From NCBI GenBank assembly GCA_951406725.2, contig OX597817.1:66464001-66528000 (forward strand): 64,000 bases of DNA, written 5' to 3'. This DNA is from Octopus vulgaris (lineage: Eukaryota). The position numbers and the translations under genes were made by a program. The notes below the pieces were generated by a model. The model saw nothing but the letters and a program-made list of their open reading frames with translations. It was not told where the DNA came from and did not search any database. Shown piece by piece: positions 14,144-27,625 of the stretch; within the stretch, counting starts at the first letter, position 1; every line of letters begins with the position of its first letter.

Positions 14144-14813
14144 ACCATTCGGTCACATAGTGAAAGAAAAACACTCAGAATAGGAAAACCTGCTTACTCA
14201 CATTAAAAACATACTGGTCTAGAGGCCTTTGAGAGAAGTGACGTAAAGAGCAGTGTTGCATCATTGTTAAAAACAGAAATTCAGGACGGACTCAGAATGT
14301 GCATTTAGTAATGAAAGCACTTTCTATAATGAAGATGTGATTGATTTTAACTTTGTCTTAAGGTTTTCAATTTAGAATTATCAAAACTAAATAATTGCAA
14401 GAATTCTAATTATCATGCATTTATAGTTTTTCTTTTTTAATAGCAGGGATTTTGTCTGGCTTTACCTTTTAAAGGAGGAAGTTTTGAAAAAGAAAATTCT
14501 GTCTTAGATGTATTTTGTCTGAAGGGATTTTCTCCAAAGGGTTTTCTGTCACATAAAGGTTTGGCCAGAGTCACCTTAAACACAGGCCCTGAACAATTAC
14601 TTGTTCCTTTTCTGAATATTCTTTCACTTGACAGTGTTTATTCTTTAACAAAGACAGCTGTTATACAATGCACTGTTGATTTACTGTTATTAACAATGAT
14701 GCAACACAACACTTTATGTCACTTTTCTCAAAGGCCTGCTATGTTTTTAATGTGACAGAGCAAGTTTTCCTATTCTCTTTGAGTGTTTTCTTTTCATTAT
14801 GTGACTGAATGGT
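14144..14813. mobile_element. MITE with ~140-bp TIRs, flanked by TA/TATA
   Basis: The left arm ACCATTCGGTCACATAGTG...CACATTAAAAACATA...GGCCTTTGAGAGAAGTGACGTAAAG...TGTTGCATCATTGTTAA is the reverse complement of ~14685-14813. Short GGGATTTT(G/C)TC-like subrepeats lie inside. Confidence 0.8.
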
Positions 14814-15097
14814 TATATGTGCCTTTGCCTTTCAACTTTTCAGGATCAATAGAGTAAAGTACCCATCTCATATTGGGGGCTGATAGCATCAACTAACCTC
14901 TCTCCTCAAAATCGTTGTCATGTGCCTCAATTAAGAAATCTTTATTGAATGTACATTATTGCATTATTTTGCTTAAAGAATTATTTTTGAAAAGAGTTAA
15001 AAAACACTTGCAAACATTTTTTGTCAAAAATCTTCAAGCAAGAAGTTTTTATCCCATGGAATAGTGCATACACACATAACTACACACATACACATTT

Positions 15098-15411
15098 TCA
15101 TTCACTCTCCATTAAAAAGCCCATCCAAACGTGGCTGATGCCAGCGCTGCCTTGACTGGCTTCTGTGCCGTGGCACGTAAAAAGCACCAACTGATCGTGG
15201 ACGTTGCCAGCATTCCCTAGCACCTGTGCTGGTGGCACATAAAAAGCACCCACTACACTCACGGATGTGGTTGGTGTTAGGAAGGGCATCGAGCTGTAGA
15301 AACACTGCCAGATCAGATTGGAGCCTGGTGCAGCCTCCTGGCTTCCCAGAGCCTGGTCGAACTGTCCAACCCATGCTAGCATGGAAAACGGATGTTAAAC
15401 AATGATGATGA

Positions 15412-15413
<2 letters not shown>
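15098..15413 (+). mobile_element. RTE-type 3' UTR fragment or RTE-tailed SINE with (GAT)n tail
   Basis: Same sequence family as 43745-44050. Ends ccatgctagcatggaaaacggatgttaaacaatgatgatgatgat next to (TA)n. A short inverted copy lies at 15617-15663. Confidence 0.8.
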
Positions 15414-15448
<35 letters not shown>

Positions 15449-15577
15449 CATATGTAATATATATACCATATATATATATTATATATATATATATAAAATA
15501 TGTATATATATACCATATATATATGTATATATATATATATATATAAACATATGTAATATATATACCATATATATATG

Positions 15578-15619
<42 letters not shown>

Positions 15620-15660
15620 TCATCATCGTTTAACGTCCGCTTTCCATGCTAGCATGGGTT

Positions 15661-15699
<39 letters not shown>

Positions 15700-15702
<3 letters not shown>

Positions 15703-16085
15703 TGGATAAACTTAGATATGTTTCGGGCAAAAATTGGACCATGCTACATCTAAGTTAATAGCACCACTAGATAGGATCTGTTAAGTCATTTTTAAGTCAA
15801 GTTCTGCAGTGTCAATACCCAATGAAGTAGGGAGTTGTTGTTGACTAAGATGTATCCAGGTGTAGGTGGCTTACCTGGAATTCTTTGAAGAAGTTTGTCC
15901 AAGTATTGTTTGAAGGTGATGAAATCTTTTTCTTCTTTTGAGCAATGCAGGTGTTATATTATTCACCTTTTGCAAATCATGTAGTGCTCACAGCAATGTT
16001 GGAGATTGATTGTTTGTTTTTATGTATGCATTGCATGCATGTTTGCATGTACACATGGCCCAATGGGTTAAAAAAACCCTTGCTT
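15700..16085 (-). mobile_element. Older diverged copy of the same CR1/L2-group LINE 3' end
   Basis: Aligns by eye to 62700-63040 (gtttcgg...ttaatagcaccac...ggtgtagg) and encodes PGKPPTPGYILVNNNSLLHW. Confidence 0.8.
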
Positions 16086-17312
16086 AAAGATTTTTGACAA
16101 AAAAACATTTTAAAGGTTTTTGCATTTTTCAAAACAATTCTTTGAGCAAAATAGTGTAATAATGTGCATTTAGTAATAATTTATAATTTAAGCAGACGGC
16201 AACAATTTTGAGCTTCAGTAATAAGGTGGGTGCTTTATTTTACTGAATCTGAAAAGATGAAAGCTGAAGATGACCTTAGAGGACTTCAATGCTAGGTATG
16301 ACAGACAGGATGACAAACTGTAACAACGAAGACAAATGAAGTAATATATGTCAGTAGAGAAAAGAGCAAAAAGGAATAATTATGCAGATAAACCCTTAAA
16401 TGTGAAACAGAATAAATTGTTAGAAAGCTTGCTTGTCATATGTAGGTTTCCTTCAAACTTTGTTTACTCTGTAAAGGATTCAGTTTTAGTATTGATAAAC
16501 AACAACAAGAACTAAATTTACTGAAATCTATATTTTGATTAAAACATACAGAAACACAAACAAACAAAAGCACTCAACAGTATAATAACAAAACTACTTT
16601 TTAGAACACTGTTTTCTTTGTGAGGGTTCCAGTTGCATTGCTGAAACCAAGTTGAAACTTATCTTTAGACAAAATACTACCTAATTAACACTGTCATAAC
16701 ACTTGACTCTTTTAGAGTATTGACAAAAATCTGGGTTAGATGGTGATGTATCAGCATTGTAATAATATATCAAAGCTGCCATCAGCTAAATCAACTTTCA
16801 GAGAGTTTAATATATTAGATAACTGTAAGATAGACTTTCAGATACAAACCCTGCTATAACCATTATAACTTCAAAAATCAAATATTGGTTTCTGTAAACT
16901 GTATAAGAGGAAGAAAGCAATGTGCACGACTTTTGCAGGTCCTATCAGGCTGATGTGTTTGATGTCCAGCCTGAGCATCTGCAGGGAAAATGTGAGTGAG
17001 AAGGGAATTAGGGAATCTGGTCAGAATGTTTATGTTATGACATAAGCACCGGCTAATCAAGTGGCGGTGTTAACAGATTGCTATACTTTTCAGTTAACTA
17101 CTCAAACTAAAGGCATCCAAGTACAAGTATTATTAATTGCTATACATTTGAATGTTTAGCATTAAAACTAGCATGCCACTAGAAGAATTTGCACACCCAT
17201 CCTACCTGTATTAGTTTAGGATTTGGAGGGGAGCAGCTAATGTAAAAATACAAATATAAATATCAATGGTCATTCATGTAAAATATGAAATATATAATTA
17301 GATTAAACATAC

Positions 17313-17458
17313 TTCTTTCTCCAAACATAGCAGGGATTTTTGGAGAAGCTGGGCTACAGGACAAGCTTGTAAGGACCAAAGCTGCCATCCGTTCATCCAT
17401 CACTTCCATATCATCATCAGCAGGTTCTGTTTCTTCACCCATACTGCGTCTGTAGCGT
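17313..17458 (-). CDS. ZNF395: Internal coding exon of a ZNF395/ZNF704/SLC2A4RG-family (Glut4EF-like) zinc-finger transcription factor
   Basis: Encodes RYRRSMGEETEPADDDMEVMDERMAALVLTSLSCSPASPKIPAMFGER, which matches the family motif (human ZNF395 EMDEMMAAMVLTSLSCSP, from memory). Acceptor ttctgttttcag| (AG at 17460-17459), donor |GTATGT (17312-17307). Length 146 nt, phase 2 in and phase 1 out. The symbol denotes the family; the exact paralog cannot be assigned. Confidence 0.9.
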
Positions 17459-17691
17459 CTGAAAACAGAATGAATGTGATTCATGAATCTCAACATATGC
17501 AAAATTATAAGAATGATATATAATAATGACATTATAGGACAGGAGACAATGTAATCAAACTTACAATCAATTTAATGAAAACTGAGATATATTAATGTGA
17601 GCCATATCTGTTTCAAAATCAACAAGTGTATATGTATATGTGTGTGTGTGTGTGCACGCATAACAATTTGTTACTGCAAACTTCTCTCTCC

Positions 17692-17756
<65 letters not shown>

Positions 17757-18328
17757 ACCATGTATGTATATACTCACATGCATACATATATAAATTTGAT
17801 GGGCTTCTTTCAGTTTTGGTCAATCAAATTCATTCAAAAGGCTTTAATCAGCATGGAGGTATAGTAGACAAATTTCTAAAGGTAATAGTACCACACAATG
17901 ACTGGACCCCTAACAACATTGATGAGAAGCAAAGTTCTTAATCACGCAGTTGCATACATGTATCCTCCTCCTCATCATTTAACATTCATTTTCGATGCTA
18001 GTTGGCTGATTCAGCAGGAGATGGTGAACCAGAGGACTGCACCAAGTTCCAATGTCGGCTTTTGCATGGTTTCTACAGATGGATGTCATTGCTAATGCCA
18101 AGCACTTTACAGAGTGTACTGGGTGCTTTTTAGGTGGCACTGATACCAATTAGGTCATCAAATACCTCATACAGCAAGACCTCTTAACTGAGTAGGGAGT
18201 AGTTTGGAGGGAAGTGGCTATATGCCAAGTGATCAGAGGTCAAAGTATGTTAGAGGAATAAGAACAGGTGTCTTGTAGGAGGGTTACATGGTTACCCCAG
18301 TTGGAAAAGATTTTATGTATGTGTGTAT

Positions 18329-18498
18329 ACTCTTTTACTCTCTTTTACTTGTTTCAGTCATTTGACTGCGGCCATGCTGGAGCACCGCCTTTTAGTACTT
18401 ATTCTATCGGTCTCTTTTGCCGAACCGCTAAGTAACGGGGACATAAGCACACCAGCATCGGTTGTCAAGCAATGCTAGGGGGACAAACACAAACACAC

Positions 18499-18529
<31 letters not shown>

Positions 18530-18554
18530 CGACAGGCTTCTTTCAGTTTCCGTC
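18329..18554 (-). mobile_element. 5'-truncated SINE (AAAAGAGT-type tail) flanked by a 105-bp direct repeat
   Basis: Tail actcttttactctcttttacttgtttcagtcatttgactgcggccatgctggagcacc. Same family as ~7170-7535(+), ~6370-6515(+) and ~41185-41370(-). Confidence 0.85.
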
Positions 18555-21500
18555 GCCAAGTGATCAGAGGTCAAAGTATGTTAGAGGAATAAGAACAGGT
18601 GTCTTGTAGGAGGGTTACATGGTTACCCCAGTTGGAAAAGATTTTATGTATGTGTGTATGTATGTATATATACATACATATATATATAAAATCACATTTG
18701 AGAAATAGCAGCCAAATATTCCTCACTCCCAAAGAAGTAGATGTAGAAGAATAGAAAATTGAAATAAGGTTGTAATGCCAATCTCTTTCTCTTTCTTTGG
18801 AATGATGAAATAAATGGAAACAGAGAATGAAAGGCATACGTAAAGAGAGGGATGGTGGTGATGGCAGCAGTAAATTTGTATGACATCAAACTCTCTGTTT
18901 TATATTTTTTCTTTAGTCTCCCTTCACCATACTTCTCTTTCTCTCTTTGCATAGTGGGAAAGAGAAAGATAGAGAATGTGAGACACTTCAACAGAGTTGT
19001 AGATGGAAAGGGAAATAGTGTGATGAGGAGATTAGAGTTGATTAACTGAAAACACAAAGAATGTTATACATATCTCAACCAGCCTTACACATATGTTGAA
19101 CACATATATAATTGATATACATGAATAAACACATACATTCCTTATTACATGCATTATACACATACAATACAAAATATAAGTTTCTTAGATTTCTAACATT
19201 GAAGCAAGGCCACAAATTTTGAAGAGAAGTGTAGTTGTCGATTTAATAGAACCCATTATTTAACTGATGTTATTTTATCAAGTATGGAAGGATAAAATAA
19301 AAAGTCAGCAGAGGTAAGATAAATTTTGGAAACTCTAAAAATGATGTTCTAACATTTTAAATAAAAGATACATGGTAAACCTTACAATAGCATTACTACC
19401 ATATTCTATGTTAGCAAACTGACTCAGATTTACATTTGCATTATGTGAATCACTAAGAAAAAATCCATGAATGATGTTTTTGTCAACAAACTATACCACA
19501 ACTTACCCCCTCACCCTTCAATAGCTTCTGTTTTTTATTTTCCCTCTCTCTTTGATCTCTTTCTCTTGTCCTTTCTTTTCTTTCTCTATCTTGGTAGACA
19601 TGTGCAAGAAATAGACTTAGGTTGAGGGGAAAGGGTAATATAAAGCAAGCCTTTTCAGTGGAGCATAGACTACTGTGAGAGTGGTTTAACAGTAAGAGAG
19701 GAAATACAATTAAAAAATGAAATAGTGGCTATTAGACAGGCAGCTTTTTCTTGAATATGACCCAAAATGTCAATGTGTAGGTGTGCATTGTCTCAAATAT
19801 TTGATATTTTTTGCTGCAATTTGCAAAAAATAGAATCATTGGTACAGATTTTTTTGTAACAAGTCAATCACTGGGTGACTACACTTCAGACAAGAATGAC
19901 AGTGTTATCACTAGATGAAACACACACACGCATATTTAATAACAATGGGCCTCACACAATTTTCATTTTCCAGATTCTATTCAATCCAAGGCTATGATAA
20001 AAGACACGATACACAGTGGGATGGAACTGGAAACCATGTGTCTGAAAAGTGAATTCGTTAGCTACATAGCTAATTCTGTGACCATATGAACTTGTATTGA
20101 CTGTCACCAGTGCAGACCATTACAAGTTTCCCCCTTTTTTTTTTTGTAAAGCAGCTTTGGATATATGAAGAATCTGTGGACACCAAGAAAGGTTATGAAA
20201 GTTTGTGAAGACTTACAATTTATAGAGAACAGGAATGCTTTAATTCCGGTTTTTTTTTTTTTGCATTAAACAAGAAAAATGCAGTGCTATTTAAATTTGT
20301 GAAGTGTAGAGTTAGTATTTTGGGTACTGACTAGAATATCTAAGTTATCAGAACTATATTGCAGAATGTTTTTGTTGTTGTTTAGGCCCAAGTCAGCTCT
20401 GATTGAACAGATCTACACTCAAAAGTCTTCCAGCTATGATACCTTGTTTTTTTAATATCTCTAGGACTACCTTGTTTAATACTCTTTTGTTTTGTTTATT
20501 CTTTAAAGATGACAGGGTGTAATTTGAAGGAACTTCATTACTATTTCCAACAGGTGGAGCATTGTAGGCTTTCTTTGAGGACACTTTTTACTGAGGATAA
20601 TCTTGGTTGGTTGAATTTGTAAACAGAAAAAAGTTCTTATGAACAAAAGGCAACAGAGAATAAGAAAATGGAGAAGCGTCATCATTGAAAGAGTAAATAT
20701 ATATATATATATATATATAGGTTGAATAAAATGAGACAACAAAGCCAAGGCAGTGTGCTAGGTCATTTCATAAAGAGAAGGGTAATCTTACAGCTATTTC
20801 AGGGATATAAAAGATATCCCATTATCAGAGATGAAATGAGAGAGTTAAATAGAAGGAAATAGTGGAGTTCAATATAAGAAGTTATTTTGGAATATTTAGG
20901 ATATAAGAAGTACAAAGGGAAATATAGGAATAAAAATAAAGATATATGTTGGATGTTAAACTTGCTGTTCCATTATCCAAGGAATGTGTAAAAAGGTTTC
21001 TTGTCCATGGTATGTAAGTTCCGATAGGAGTTCATATTTTGTTATTACAAATGGATAGTGTATAGGTATTAATTCCATGTAGTTTTCATTCAAAGGGATG
21101 AGAGAGAGAGAGAAGGGGGGGGGGGTCAAGAGAGATAACAAGCCTTGAAGTAAATGAAAACTGACAGAGTGAAAGATCAGAGAGGGTTTCATCAACGCAT
21201 GCAATCTTCTACAGAGGGCAATTGCAATTCATAAATAACCTCTACTAACCAATCAATGGCTTTTCAGTAAAAAATTTTCAGAAACATTGAAACTACCAAA
21301 AATTCTTAGGTAGTAGCTGTATTCTTGTTCTTTTGTTCACCTCAAGGTCAGCTCTGAGTGGGAAGATTAAAGATGTAACATTCAGAAGAAATGAAATGGC
21401 CAAATAACTTTGACATTGGCCTATTACTTTTATTGTCGTGAGTTCAATTCCACTGCATTATTTTGCTGTGTATTTGGACAATACACTTAATTTATATGTG

Positions 21501-22217
21501 CCTAAGTTAATCTAGCTTTCAAGAAATGATACTCTCTATTTTGAGAGTTCTTCCTGAAACAGACCAGTATCAGCTCCATTGAAAGAATAACTGCATATCA
21601 ATTTAATGGTAATAACTCAAAGATAAAATTAGCCTTTAAAAGTCCTTTTTAAGTTAATGAAGCCTCTTTAAATCATGAATATATTCATATACATCATTTC
21701 ATATTAGGTCATTTGATATATCTATATCATAATGCACTATATCATAAATTATCCCAATTTCTTTAACTGCATTGGATAATACTCTATATTACTTTCTCCT
21801 TCAAAAGTATATTTCATTTTATCATACCATTTCTTACATTATAACATTGCAAAGCATAGCATATCTCACTATTCCATACAATTTTTATACATAACATTCC
21901 CTACCCGACAGTTTTATATACTACATAACATAGCATGTAACACAATAACATCCCACTGGAAATGTCATCACTGTATTTCATTTCATTACATTACATAACA
22001 CAAACACATCATACTTTATCATTCCTGACCATAGTATGTAATACTTTAGTTGGATCAAACTAGTCAAGTTCTGTTCAAGAGATGAGTAATGTTACAAAAA
22101 AAAAATGTCCTGTTGAGAGAATACCATTTGAGTTGATGTTTTTTTTTATATATCTGCTTTATTTTGATTAGAGAACAAAGCAATAACAACAAAGATAGAA
22201 AGAAAGAAAACGCATGA

Positions 22218-22250
<33 letters not shown>

Positions 22251-25200
22251 GAATAGCAGTTACACATAATTCTGATTGACAGTGCATTAGTAAATTACTG
22301 TAGAGATACTCAATGAGGATTAGAGATATTAAACTTGACCTATTAATCTAATCATCTGAGAATACTTTAATAGAATGTTTACATTTCATGTCCATCTATT
22401 TATATTTCAAATGTTGTTCATTTATAATCAACAGTGTGCACATGTTTTGCCAATGGAGGTTGAATGGTATTTTGAAGGGTGTAAAAAACATATCTAAGCC
22501 AATATCTTCTTTTATCTTAATATTTCCCACTATCATAAGTGTCAAGATCTAAGGCTGCAAGTTTTAAACCCAAGCACAACCAACATCACACAGATACAAT
22601 GGTCAAGATTTGAAAGCTTACCATGTTCGATACCAAGATCACAGATAATTAACTCTCAGCTTAATATCAACCAAACAAAATCGGGATGGTCACAGTTACA
22701 ATATTAACCAAATAATAAGCTTCTTTACAGTTTAACATAGCTATGAGTCATTCCCAAGTGCTTACTTGAATATACTGATGGCATTATAAATTCCATAGAT
22801 GAGTAAGACTTCTGAATGACAATAATATCAGACAGCAAAACTTCCAACAATATCATCAGAGAGAGCGCACAATGTTCTTAAGCATTGAGTACAAGAGAAA
22901 AGAGGAGTATAAAGCCTTCAAAATGAACACAAAAATACAGAGAAAGTACAAGAGACAAAACAGAGAAAAAGTTAAGTATTTTTCAATATAAAGTACAGTC
23001 ATCATCATCATTTTGATGATATTGGCATTGGTTGGATAACAGAAAATGAAATACTCTCAGTTATTATAAAATATACCAGAAATCAATGCTGTCTTCATTG
23101 TGGATAATGTAGTTTTACATACCCTATGTTTGATAAATAAATAGGAAGATCACATAGCTCAATAAAATAAGAAATTAACTATAGAAATACAAAGCTGAAG
23201 TACATTATCTTCCAGAATGTTATCATTGCCTGAATCTGTCTTTTTTTTTAACCTTGTTCTTTGATTTAATATACACTCATATAATTGGGTTCTCAACTGT
23301 TTGCTAGAACTATGACCTTTTTAGTCATGGGTCATAAAACAGAATATGGTGAATTAGCATCAGAATGAGCTTTATCTATTTTCCAAATAACAAATAAATA
23401 ATAATTAATCCAGATCTCATTAATCTCTGGATTAATGAAAGGAGAATGATAGGAATGTATGCCAAATGATGTCCTCATTTAACAACACAAACAATGATAA
23501 CAACAGCAGCAACTAAGCCAACCACTATACAGCTATCTGACCTGCTAGAAACAATAGTAAATCACCTTCAAGTTACACCATAGCATCTTAAAAAGAAATT
23601 CCAAGGTATACTTAAAAGTATGGGATGTCCCAAAATGTTTTTGATCAAAAGTTTGATCAATCAGGGTTGGCCTGGGACTAAACAACAAACAACAATAGCA
23701 TTGGCTGATACAAAAAGAACTAGTGAAATAAACTTTCTTTGAATTGCAAGCACAGTAGCTAAATTTCTCCTGGAACAATTTTCTAGTATCTAGGATCACA
23801 GTTTTCATATAATAAGGAAGTTCAAATAATAACAAGGTTCCACTGAAACCAGTCCTATACTTCATTGATAAATGTTCACTTAGCTAACTCTATGCTATAT
23901 TCATCATAGTCACAATTCCCTGGAGTACATCAGCATCACTCATTGTCATCATTGTCAAGATTGAAAGGTGAATTGGGACTGGACACCATTTTCTCATTAA
24001 TTCATTGTTGGTGCCAAATGGTTAAGTTGTTCAAAGAAGAACAGTAATCAAAGTAAAGAATATTTCAATAGTAAATGGTACAGAATCTTCACAGTCTGGA
24101 TCATCACCACTACCACAATCACTGTTGTAACTAGAACCCTTACCATCAGCATCTTCAATAAGCTTGGGATAAGAAAATAAACACCAGTAATACACTGAAG
24201 TAAATTCATTCAATGAACTCAACATCACGATTATGATAATTTTCCTTGTATCAAAAGAACAAAGATTCACCATTTTATTTATTCATCTCATCTAAATGAA
24301 TTATTTTACTGTTTGATGTTAGTATTGATGGGCAATTAAGTATATAGAATTCAGAAGATAGTGTAAAGTAATTATGACAGCCATGTTTTACAAATGTTAT
24401 TAGAGAGGTAAATGAAATAACTACTATCAAAGTGGGTCATGGATGTAGTTTATCTCGGGGTACAAGTCCCTTTTTCATATACAGAATGAAACTTCCATGT
24501 CTACTTTGGTTCTACAATCCATTATTGTTAATATTGTTTAGCTCCAGGTCAGACATGATTAAGCAGACCTATGATCAAAAGCATTGTATTCATGACCATG
24601 GAATTCTTCTTTTTAGACCAAGCTACATTCTTTTTTTAGACTGACTATATAATTGAATGTGTCCATCCATTTTTAAGGTGGCATAATGTTGTTTGAAGGA
24701 GATTTGGTTGCTATTAGTGGGAGTTTGAGTGACCACATAGCACCACACTCATTGGCTCATTCATTGATACATTTACCAAAATGTTAAATCCACAATACAA
24801 GAAATAATAATTAAAAAGTCTACTAAGCAATATTATGGTTGTTCTAACAGATTTACTAATGAGCAATAGTCTAAAATTAATTCTCTTCTCTAAGAAGTGA
24901 GAAACTGTTGCCATCAGTTGCAGCAGAGACAATGTTATCATGATTGTTGTCATCATTACCATCATTATCATAATTATTAACACAGCAAGCTGGTTGAATC
25001 ATTACCATGCTGGGCAAAATGCTTAGCAGCATTTCGTCTGTCTTTACATTTTGAGTTAAAATTTTGCTGAGATCAATTTTGCCTTTCATCCTTTCAGGGT
25101 TGATAAATTGAATACCAGATAAGCACTGGGGTCAATGTAATACTAGCCCCCTCCCCATAAATTTCAGGCCTTGTGCCTACAATAGAAAGGATTATTATTA

Positions 25201-25265
25201 CAATTATTTATTCAGGACTTTGTGCCCTTAGATTGTCCTACCGTCATAAGAATGTAAACTCTTTT

Positions 25266-25499
25266 CTGCCAGCTCACTGCTGGCAGAAACATTAGCATAC
25301 CGGGCAAAATGCTTAGTGGTATTTCGTCTGCTGTTATGTTCTGAGTTCAAATTCCACCTAGGTTGACTTTGCCTTTCATCCTTTCGGGGTCGATAAATTA
25401 AGTACCAGTTATGCACTGGGGTCGATGTAATTGACTCAATCCTTTTGTCTGTCCTTGTTTGTCCCCTCTATGTTTAGCTCCTTGTGGGCAAATAAAGAA
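25266..25499 (+). mobile_element. tRNA-derived SINE (MetaSINE-like central domain) with ~19-bp TSD
   Basis: A-box-like GCTGGCAGAA, B box GAGTTCAAATTCC, central GACTTTGCCTTTCATCCTTTCGGGGTCGATAAATTAAGTACCAG. TSD ATAAGAATGTAAACTCTTT on both sides. Other copies at 1715-1928(-), 1957-2110(+), ~2595-2770(-), ~8400-8605(-), ~24985-25200(+) and ~37175-37345(-). Confidence 0.85.
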
Positions 25500-25919
25500 A
25501 TAAGAATGTAAACTCTTTTGAGTCTGATGCTTTTTGGGGGTTTCCTAGCCGACCCAGAAGAGGCTACTTCACTATAATGGTCGTCTAGCTGGAGTTTGAA
25601 CTCAGAATGCACAGAAAGTATCCATCCAATGTCTTAACAATTCCACCAACCCACTATCCTGGACTGGTAATTTATTTATTGAACCTGAAAGGACAGAAGG
25701 CACAGTTGACCTCAACAGAATTTGAACTTACAAAGCAGAGAGCCAGGAGAAATAAACAAGTTATATTTCTTATTTTACAGTTGTTTTTGTTGTTATTTTG
25801 TAGTAGGGGAATAGTGGAATTAAATCTTATATTCATTAATTATTCCTTTATTCATTTGAAAACATAAGAGCTAATGAGAAATTGAAAAGTAAAAGTAAAA
25901 TTTATTTATGAAGTTGCAT

Positions 25920-26330
25920 TAAATGTTTCATGGTGTGCCAGTGATGTAAACTTAAATCCACAGATTTATGTTGTCTACTCAGACCAACTCATGCCAGCAT
26001 CAGCCCATGTCAAGTTTTCTCAACAAATCAACTGGTGCACCTACTTCATTAGCAGCAGCAGCAGCTTCCATAGAAACAACAGAATCAGTACTGGCTCTGT
26101 GTCAGCACATTCTATACCAATTAGACTTTAGTGCGCAGGTTATATAACAAGGCCTATTGGTTTGTTGGTTTCCTCAATGTAAAAGTATGCCACGATACCA
26201 ACAATCATAATCCCAGCAGACACAGCAACAAAAATAGGAGACAACAATGATATATCAACTAAGACATAATTTTTTGTATCAATCACTCATGCAGGATAGC
26301 AGCCAGCTCAATAGTTTTATCACTCAAATA
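25920..26330 (-). mobile_element. Possible Mutator-like (MULE) transposase remnant
   Basis: Weak manual motif matches across frameshifts: LVDISLLSPIFVAV, YNLRT/SLIGIECA (cf. YEINLR...IGIG), SMEAAAAANEV, NISVD..WH (cf. ISVDGSWQKRG). Confidence 0.35.
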
Positions 26331-27259
26331 AGTAGAGAACACCTGAACTCACAATACACTATTTCCTAAACACATCACTATTTGAAGCTGCAATTTTGAT
26401 TCAGTGCAGAATTCTTGAACAACTGTATCACTTTACTTTATAGTTAAAGTTATTCATTGAGAACACATGAGAAGCCAGGAGTATAAAATTATAGGAACAT
26501 TTTAGATGCATACTCCACTGCAACACATACTTACATACATCCTTATACACATAGACATGCATGCACACACATGATAGAATCCAAGGAAACTGGTAGTGGT
26601 TTGTATTAGAAAGACTTGTATTGTTTAAAAAAGTGACAGAATGAATTAATATTGCCGTGGGCAGTAGAGCTTCCAATATTTTGGAGAGAGTCATTCTTCA
26701 AGGTTGAAATGACAGAGGAAGAAAAGAAAGACAGAAAACTTTTACATTCTCTATGTATGAGGATGTAAAAACACTTATGTCTTTCCTGTTTTCTTTGTCA
26801 TTTCAATTCTGAAGAAGGATTCTGTATGAAATTACCGGAAATATCGGGAACTCCACTCCCCATTGCAAGATTACTTCACTGTTTCTGCTACTTTATATGT
26901 ATAAAATTTATGAAAGACTTGTGAAACACTATGTTCATTCATGTAGTGAGTAACATTTCCCTTTTTTGAGCACTTATTCTTGATATTGAAGCTGAACCTC
27001 AAATTATATGTAATATTGTATAATTGTGTTCAATCAAATTTGCTACAGCTAAATTAAATCGTCAACTGGTGAAGAATATATTTTCCCCCATTCTGTGACT
27101 GTAAAAGGATATACTATTTTAGCTGTTAGTCTCCATTTTCATTACTTGGTTTCTTTTATATTCCCTACAAACCAAACAACAGCTAAGTAGCCGGCTGGTA
27201 TATAATATGAACATATACTTACAGTGGATGACTTTTCTTAAAAGACATGGCTGCCATGT

Positions 27260-27263
<4 letters not shown>

Positions 27264-27302
<39 letters not shown>

Positions 27303-27591
27303 GTGTGTATACACACATACATATATGTACATACATATATATATATATATGTACATTATATATATATATATATGTACACACACACACACATACATATATA
27401 TATATACATACATGTACATATATATATACATACATATACACATATATATACATACATATACATATATATACATATACATACATATACACATACATATACA
27501 TACATATATATACATACATATACATATATATACATATATATATACATATACATACATATATATATACATACATACATACATATATACATAC

Positions 27592-27624
<33 letters not shown>

Positions 27625-27625
27625 T
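27264..27625. repeat. Compound (GT)n / (TA,CA)n microsatellite
   Basis: Directly visible. Confidence 0.97.

Noticed and set aside
17263-17532. ORF-track proteins at 17263-17532 and 11724-11948 as stand-alone genes
   Set aside because: Only the spliced exon portions are homologous; the ORF ends run into intron sequence.
23850-24280. Acidic low-complexity ORF (DADGKGSSYNSDCGSGDDPDCED) on the gene strand
   Set aside because: No family homology and no clear splice sites. Possibly a DNA transposon remnant, but unsupported.
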